DNA of 64,000 nt from Candidatus Uhrbacteria bacterium. Its GTDB lineage: Bacteria > Patescibacteriota > Patescibacteriia > UBA9934. A model generated the notes under the pieces. The model ran no database searches and was not told where the DNA came from. It worked only from the letters and a program-made list of their open reading frames with translations. The stretch is taken from NCBI GenBank assembly GCA_943359325.1, contig CALRHD010000004.1:5836-69835 (forward strand), in the 5' to 3' direction. The position numbers were made by a program, and so were the translations under genes. Positions 60,262-64,000 of this stretch are shown in pieces (within the stretch, counting starts at the first letter, position 1; every line of letters begins with the position of its first letter).

Positions 60262-61317
60262 ATGATTTACAAAAAACTACTCATATTCAGCTTTTTCATC
60301 GCATCTCTTCCTACGCAGGTTTTTGCAACGAACGACGCCGATCCATTGCAAACTGTTTACGAATCTCGGGGCGATTTGCAGTCTGCATTTAACGTAGACG
60401 GAACACCCGTTGGCAATGCTGCGGGATTCTTGATGAACCTTAAGGACTGGGCACGGCAATACGGTTGGCAGGAATATCCTGAACTCATTTCTTATGCTCC
60501 TCTTACAGTGCCACCTTCCCGTTTACAACCTACAAGCTACCAGCTACAACCTCCCACATCATCCATGTACATCGTCATCGACAATGCTTCAGGCGCAATT
60601 CTTGCCGCTGAACATGCAGAAGAACCGTGGCCGATAGCGTCGATAACAAAGTTGATGACGGCGAGCGTTGCGCTCGATAGTGGCATTGACGCGGGTGGCA
60701 CGGGGAGCATTGTTGCCGCAGATGACGTAGGTGGTGCACGGCTTAATGTGTTTTCGGGGACGACGTTTACGACGCGTGACTTGCTTGCGGCTACACTCGT
60801 CGGTAGTGCCAATAACGCCGCGAATGCCATTGCTCGCATGACGGGTTTTTCTCGAGAGAGTTTTGTCGAAAAGATGAATGCGTATGCTGCATTACTTGGC
60901 ATGACACGTGCACACTTTGTCGACCCTACAGGTATTGAACTTGGAAACACGGCAAATGCTCGCGAAGTTGCTGCACTTGCACGTTCGGCATTCGGCCGCG
61001 AAAATATTCGTAAATTTGCAGGATCATCAACAACGCACATCGCGGCGTTGAGCGACGCTGCGTATATTCGCGACATTAAAAGTACGAATTGGCTTCTGTA
61101 CGACCATGCCTACGATGACCTTTATGTGACGGCAGGAAAGACGGGTTTTTTGAATGAGTCAGGCTGGAACTTGGTTGTGGAGCTTCACCCCATGCATGAC
61201 GACGACACGCACCGTTCTCTTACTATCGTTACCCTTGGTGCTGCAGGCCGCCGCGAAAGTTTCGACGACGCCGCCGCATTAGCACGGTGGACGTGGGGGA
61301 ATTTTGAATGGAGATAG
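60262..61317 (+). CDS. D-alanyl-D-alanine carboxypeptidase (peptidase S11, PBP5-like)
   Basis: Signal peptide. SxxK motif SITKLMTASVAL. SGT and KTG-like (AGKTGF) motifs. Confidence 0.8.
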   Translation: MIYKKLLIFSFFIASLPTQVFATNDADPLQTVYESRGDLQSAFNVDGTPVGNAAGFLMNLKDWARQYGWQEYPELISYAPLTVPPSRLQPTSYQLQPPTSSMYIVIDNASGAILAAEHAEEPWPIASITKLMTASVALDSGIDAGGTGSIVAADDVGGARLNVFSGTTFTTRDLLAATLVGSANNAANAIARMTGFSRESFVEKMNAYAALLGMTRAHFVDPTGIELGNTANAREVAALARSAFGRENIRKFAGSSTTHIAALSDAAYIRDIKSTNWLLYDHAYDDLYVTAGKTGFLNESGWNLVVELHPMHDDDTHRSLTIVTLGAAGRRESFDDAAALARWTWGNFEWR

Positions 61318-61322
61318 GAATC

Positions 61323-61670
61323 TTAACTTTTTGTGTCCATAATCCATTTTCCGTCAATGAAATCTGCGACGTTTTTCCCTCCGACGGGCATGCCGTCCTC
61401 AAAATTCGTGATGGTGATGCCGTTATAGTTGGTTTTCCCCTGAAGATCACGGCGATACGCGTATTCAGTCGTTTCACCAGATAGCTTTCCAGGAATTTCA
61501 ACTTCCCAGAGATATAAACCTTTCTCATCTGCAATTTTTCTTCGTTCTACGAACGCGCCATCGATGAGTTTATTGAAAATTTCGCGTACCTCGGCCTCAT
61601 TTGGTAGGTGTTCGGCAGCAGTCTCAATATTTTTTTGCTTTTCTTCATGCCCAGGTCCTTTCTCACCCAT
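61323..61670 (-). CDS. hypothetical protein (115 aa)
   Basis: Ordinary composition. No recognisable domain. Confidence 0.45.
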   Translation of the reverse strand: MGEKGPGHEEKQKNIETAAEHLPNEAEVREIFNKLIDGAFVERRKIADEKGLYLWEVEIPGKLSGETTEYAYRRDLQGKTNYNGITITNFEDGMPVGGKNVADFIDGKWIMDTKS

Positions 61671-61713
61671 ATAATAAAATTATATTTCTTTCACTGTTCA
61701 ATGCGTTTAAAGT

Positions 61714-62289
61714 TCATGTGTCGCCCTGCTGCACCTCTTGCCCAAGTACGCCATCGCCGTGGCGTTTTTTACATTCAGTGACGAGTCGTGCAATGCGGAG
61801 TTTTACTTCGTCGGGATTGTCGATGTTTTTGAAATGAAATTCCACTTTTTCGCCTGCAGTTTGAATAATGACGTCACCGTAGGTCAAAAACGTTTCTAAA
61901 AATCCTTTCATTTCGCTCGTGATGTCTTGCACTTGGTTGAGTCGCATCTCGGAAATTTTTCTACTGAAGAGCCCCATTTGTTCTATGTTGATAATGCGTT
62001 CGTTCGTCACAATCCACGAGTCCAAATAGTAGTCGGAAATTTGCGCCATGGTAATAACGGCAACAACAAGCAGGTATGTCGACAAGATGAGTGTGCCGAC
62101 AGGTCCCCAAAATGCATTGTCGAAAATGTTTGCGCCTGACTTCGTGAGTGCAAAGATAATTGCGACAGGAACACACAAGAGTACGGCGCTAAAGAGAAAC
62201 GCCGTTGCCAAGTCAATCCAATATCGACGCATGAACAAAATAGTTTGCTCGTTGCGTTCTTGGTTAGGAAGATTTGCGAGGCTCATCAT
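61714..62289 (-). CDS. bacterial PH-domain (YdbT/DUF304-like) membrane protein
   Basis: Two TM helices, then a roughly 100-aa PH-like domain (IINIEQMGLFSRKISEMRLNQVQDITSEMKGFLETFLTYGDVIIQTAG). Confidence 0.65.
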   Translation of the reverse strand: MMSLANLPNQERNEQTILFMRRYWIDLATAFLFSAVLLCVPVAIIFALTKSGANIFDNAFWGPVGTLILSTYLLVVAVITMAQISDYYLDSWIVTNERIINIEQMGLFSRKISEMRLNQVQDITSEMKGFLETFLTYGDVIIQTAGEKVEFHFKNIDNPDEVKLRIARLVTECKKRHGDGVLGQEVQQGDT

Positions 62290-62552
62290 AGGCCGAGGTG
62301 GACGTTAGTGCCGACGAACGGGAGGACATCGGAGAGTGCAATGGTTGCCGACCAGTTGTAAGCACCGATGAGGGCTGCCGAGAAGACGAGCACGCCGAGG
62401 TACATGAGGACGTAGAAGAGAAGAACGACAGTTGTGGTAAATGACTCAATGCCGAATTTTGCAATGTGATAGACGTTAAAAAACATGAATATGCCCGTAC
62501 CAAGGAGGACAACGGCGTAGGGGATGAGAAAATACCAGAGGGGGAAGGTCAT
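62286..62552 (-). CDS. small integral membrane protein (88 aa, 3 TM)
   Basis: ATGA overlap with ruvB stop. Hydrophobic throughout. Confidence 0.5.
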   Translation of the reverse strand: MTFPLWYFLIPYAVVLLGTGIFMFFNVYHIAKFGIESFTTTVVLLFYVLMYLGVLVFSAALIGAYNWSATIALSDVLPFVGTNVHLGL

Positions 62553-63574
62553 AGATGCAGATGGTCGTATGCTCGTTTTGTGACAACGCGGCCGCGGGGC
62601 GTGCGCTCCAAAAAGCCGAGCTGGAGTAAAAACGGCTCGTAGATTTCTTCTATTGTAGCAGTTTCTTCCTGTGTTGCGGCGGCGAGTGTCGTGATACCCA
62701 CAGGGCCACCACTAAATTTTTCGATAATTGTTCTAAGGAGTCGGCGGTCGACGTGATCGAGGCCGAGAGGATCGATGGCGAGCATGTCGAGCGCGGCGTC
62801 GGCGATTGCAGTGTTCACGGAGCCATCGTGAACGATTTCGGCGTAATCGCGAACGCGCTTTAATAAGCGGTTTGCAATACGCGGTGTTCGGCGGGCACGA
62901 GTTGCAATGCGCATTGCGGCATCGTCGTCTACCGGGATGCCGAGAATGCTTGCACTGCGTATGAGGATTTTTGCAATGTCGGCGTCTTCGTAAAAATTGA
63001 GGTGATACGTGACGCCAAAGCGGTCACGGAGTGGCGCCGAGAGGAGCGAGAGGCGTGTAGTGGCGCCGATAATGGTGAATGGAGCAAGGTCGAGGCGGAG
63101 TGTGCGTGCGCTTGGTCCTTTGCCGACGACGAGGTCGAGCGCAAAGTCTTCCATTGCGGGGTAAAGGACTTCTTCGATTGCATGATTCATGCGGTGAATT
63201 TCGTCGATAAACAAGACGTCGCCTGCCTCGAGGTTACTCAAAATCGCCGCCAAGTCGCCGACGCGCTCTAACGCAGGGCCGCTTGTCACCTTCACGTTCG
63301 CACCCATTTCCTTGCCAATAATGTGCGCAAGTGTTGTTTTACCAAGCCCCGGATTGCCATACAATAAAACGTGCTCAAGTGAACGTTCGCGTTTTTTTGC
63401 TGCAGAAAGAAAAATGCTCAAGCTATTTTTAAGCTCTTCTTGCCCCACGAAGTCGTTCAACGCCGTTGGTCGCAGTCCTGCCTCGAAACGCTGTTCTTCA
63501 ACATTTGCAGCAGGTGCTGTCGCTCGTTCTGCTTCAGGAGCGTCGTCTGCTATTTGTTCATCTTCCACAATCAT
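62549..63574 (-). CDS. ruvB: Holliday junction branch migration ATPase RuvB
   Basis: Walker [19 protein letters not shown], Walker B LFIDEIHR, sensor and winged-helix C-terminus. 341 aa. Confidence 0.95.
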   Translation of the reverse strand: MIVEDEQIADDAPEAERATAPAANVEEQRFEAGLRPTALNDFVGQEELKNSLSIFLSAAKKRERSLEHVLLYGNPGLGKTTLAHIIGKEMGANVKVTSGPALERVGDLAAILSNLEAGDVLFIDEIHRMNHAIEEVLYPAMEDFALDLVVGKGPSARTLRLDLAPFTIIGATTRLSLLSAPLRDRFGVTYHLNFYEDADIAKILIRSASILGIPVDDDAAMRIATRARRTPRIANRLLKRVRDYAEIVHDGSVNTAIADAALDMLAIDPLGLDHVDRRLLRTIIEKFSGGPVGITTLAAATQEETATIEEIYEPFLLQLGFLERTPRGRVVTKRAYDHLHL

Positions 63575-63631
63575 ACCAAGGTCATTATACGGCCTTGTAT
63601 GCCTTTTTGACTATGTTACACTTTGGCACGT

Positions 63632-63718
63632 GCCGGGATGGCGAAGCTGGTATACGCGGAAGACTTAAGATCTTCTTCCCGAAAGGGATCGTGGGTTCGA
63701 GTCCCACTCCCGGCACCA
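63632..63718 (+). tRNA. tRNA-Leu (anticodon UAA), long variable arm
   Basis: Acceptor GCCGGGA/TCCCGGC, anticodon stem GAAGA/TCTTC with loop CTTAAGA, variable arm TTCCCGAAAGGGATC, T-arm GTGGG-TTCGAGT-CCCAC, CCA encoded. Confidence 0.85.
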
Positions 63719-63726
63719 CTCACACT

Positions 63727-64000
63727 ATGCCTATTTCGCGACCACTTATCATTGGCCTTGCGGGTCCGAGCGGCGCGGGGAAGTCGACGTTATGTGCGGC
63801 GATTGCTGCAGAACGAAGTGATGTCGGCCATTTTAAGCTCGACGATTTTTTTAAGGATGCGACGGAATTTTCTTACTATAAACACTGGCTCAATCGTGAA
63901 GTGCCGACGAATTTAAAATTTGATGATTTTATTTCTGCTCTTTCTCAACTGCGTAATGGTTATTCTGTCGATGTCCCCGACTACTCAATGAAGGCCGATA
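63727..64000 (+). CDS. P-loop nucleoside/nucleotide kinase (uridine-kinase-like), 5-prime partial at window end
   Basis: MPISRPLIIGLAGPSGAGKSTLCAAIAAE... has a Walker A. Continues past the end of the window. Confidence 0.6.
   Translation, partial: MPISRPLIIGLAGPSGAGKSTLCAAIAAERSDVGHFKLDDFFKDATEFSYYKHWLNREVPTNLKFDDFISALSQLRNGYSVDVPDYSMKAD

Noticed and set aside
1-64000. CRISPR arrays, rRNA operons, intact prophage
   Set aside because: No regularly spaced short direct repeats and no rRNA-like conserved stretches. Only isolated phage-type genes (ORF6N, GIY-YIG, Fic) without structural or integrase neighbours.

Overview
This 64-kb window looks like a chromosomal segment of a small-genome bacterium of the CPR/Patescibacteria (Saccharibacteria-like) type. 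That assignment is an inference from gene content: tandem TrbC/VirB2-like pilins, a 3D-domain protein, a bifunctional PGI/PMI, LemA-TPM, and compact overlapping genes. Average GC is about 50%. The segment spans the replication-origin neighbourhood, with rpmH-rnpA-yidD divergent from dnaA-dnaN and DnaA boxes before and after dnaA. Recognisable housekeeping genes are rmuC, rpsT, holA, polA, xerC/D, rpsO, pnp, lspA, comM, tig, nfo, PBP1A, iscS-fdx-reductase, galU, engB, wzx/waaL-like, spoIID-like, dacA-like and ruvB. I read eight tRNA genes directly from the sequence: Ala-CGC, Arg-CCU, Arg-UCU, His-GUG with an encoded G-1, Cys-GCA, Ser-CGA, Leu-UAA, and a disrupted Ser-CGA copy. Several intergenic regions carry near-consensus sigma70-type promoters (TTGACA-17-TATAxT) and stem-loop terminators. 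The accessory content worth a second look is: (1) a GC-rich (~58%) block at 41.3-45.3 kb holding a 745-aa polytopic membrane protein and two secreted proteins, all with strong SD sites, next to six tandem TrbC/VirB2-like pilin paralogs at 45.3-47.8 kb. Together these look like a type-IV-secretion-like pilus locus. (2) A tRNA-Ser islet at 52-55.1 kb carrying Fic, a GIY-YIG nuclease, a tRNA-Ser fragment with a 20-nt palindromic insertion, RelE/ParD and a stand-alone DnaA domain-IV protein. (3) A HicB-like antitoxin gene broken at a G7 homopolymer. (4) An NYN-domain gene inserted between rpsO and pnp. (5) A recurring TTGGCTA/TAGCCAA palindromic motif in three divergent promoter regions. (6) Two copies of a structured GC-rich palindromic element sitting just upstream of two minus-strand operons. 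(7) A GC-rich, non-coding region of about 370 nt next to an ectopic DnaA-box cluster, which may be a structured RNA. No CRISPR array, rRNA or clear prophage was seen. Line-counted coordinates may be off by 1-2 nt.
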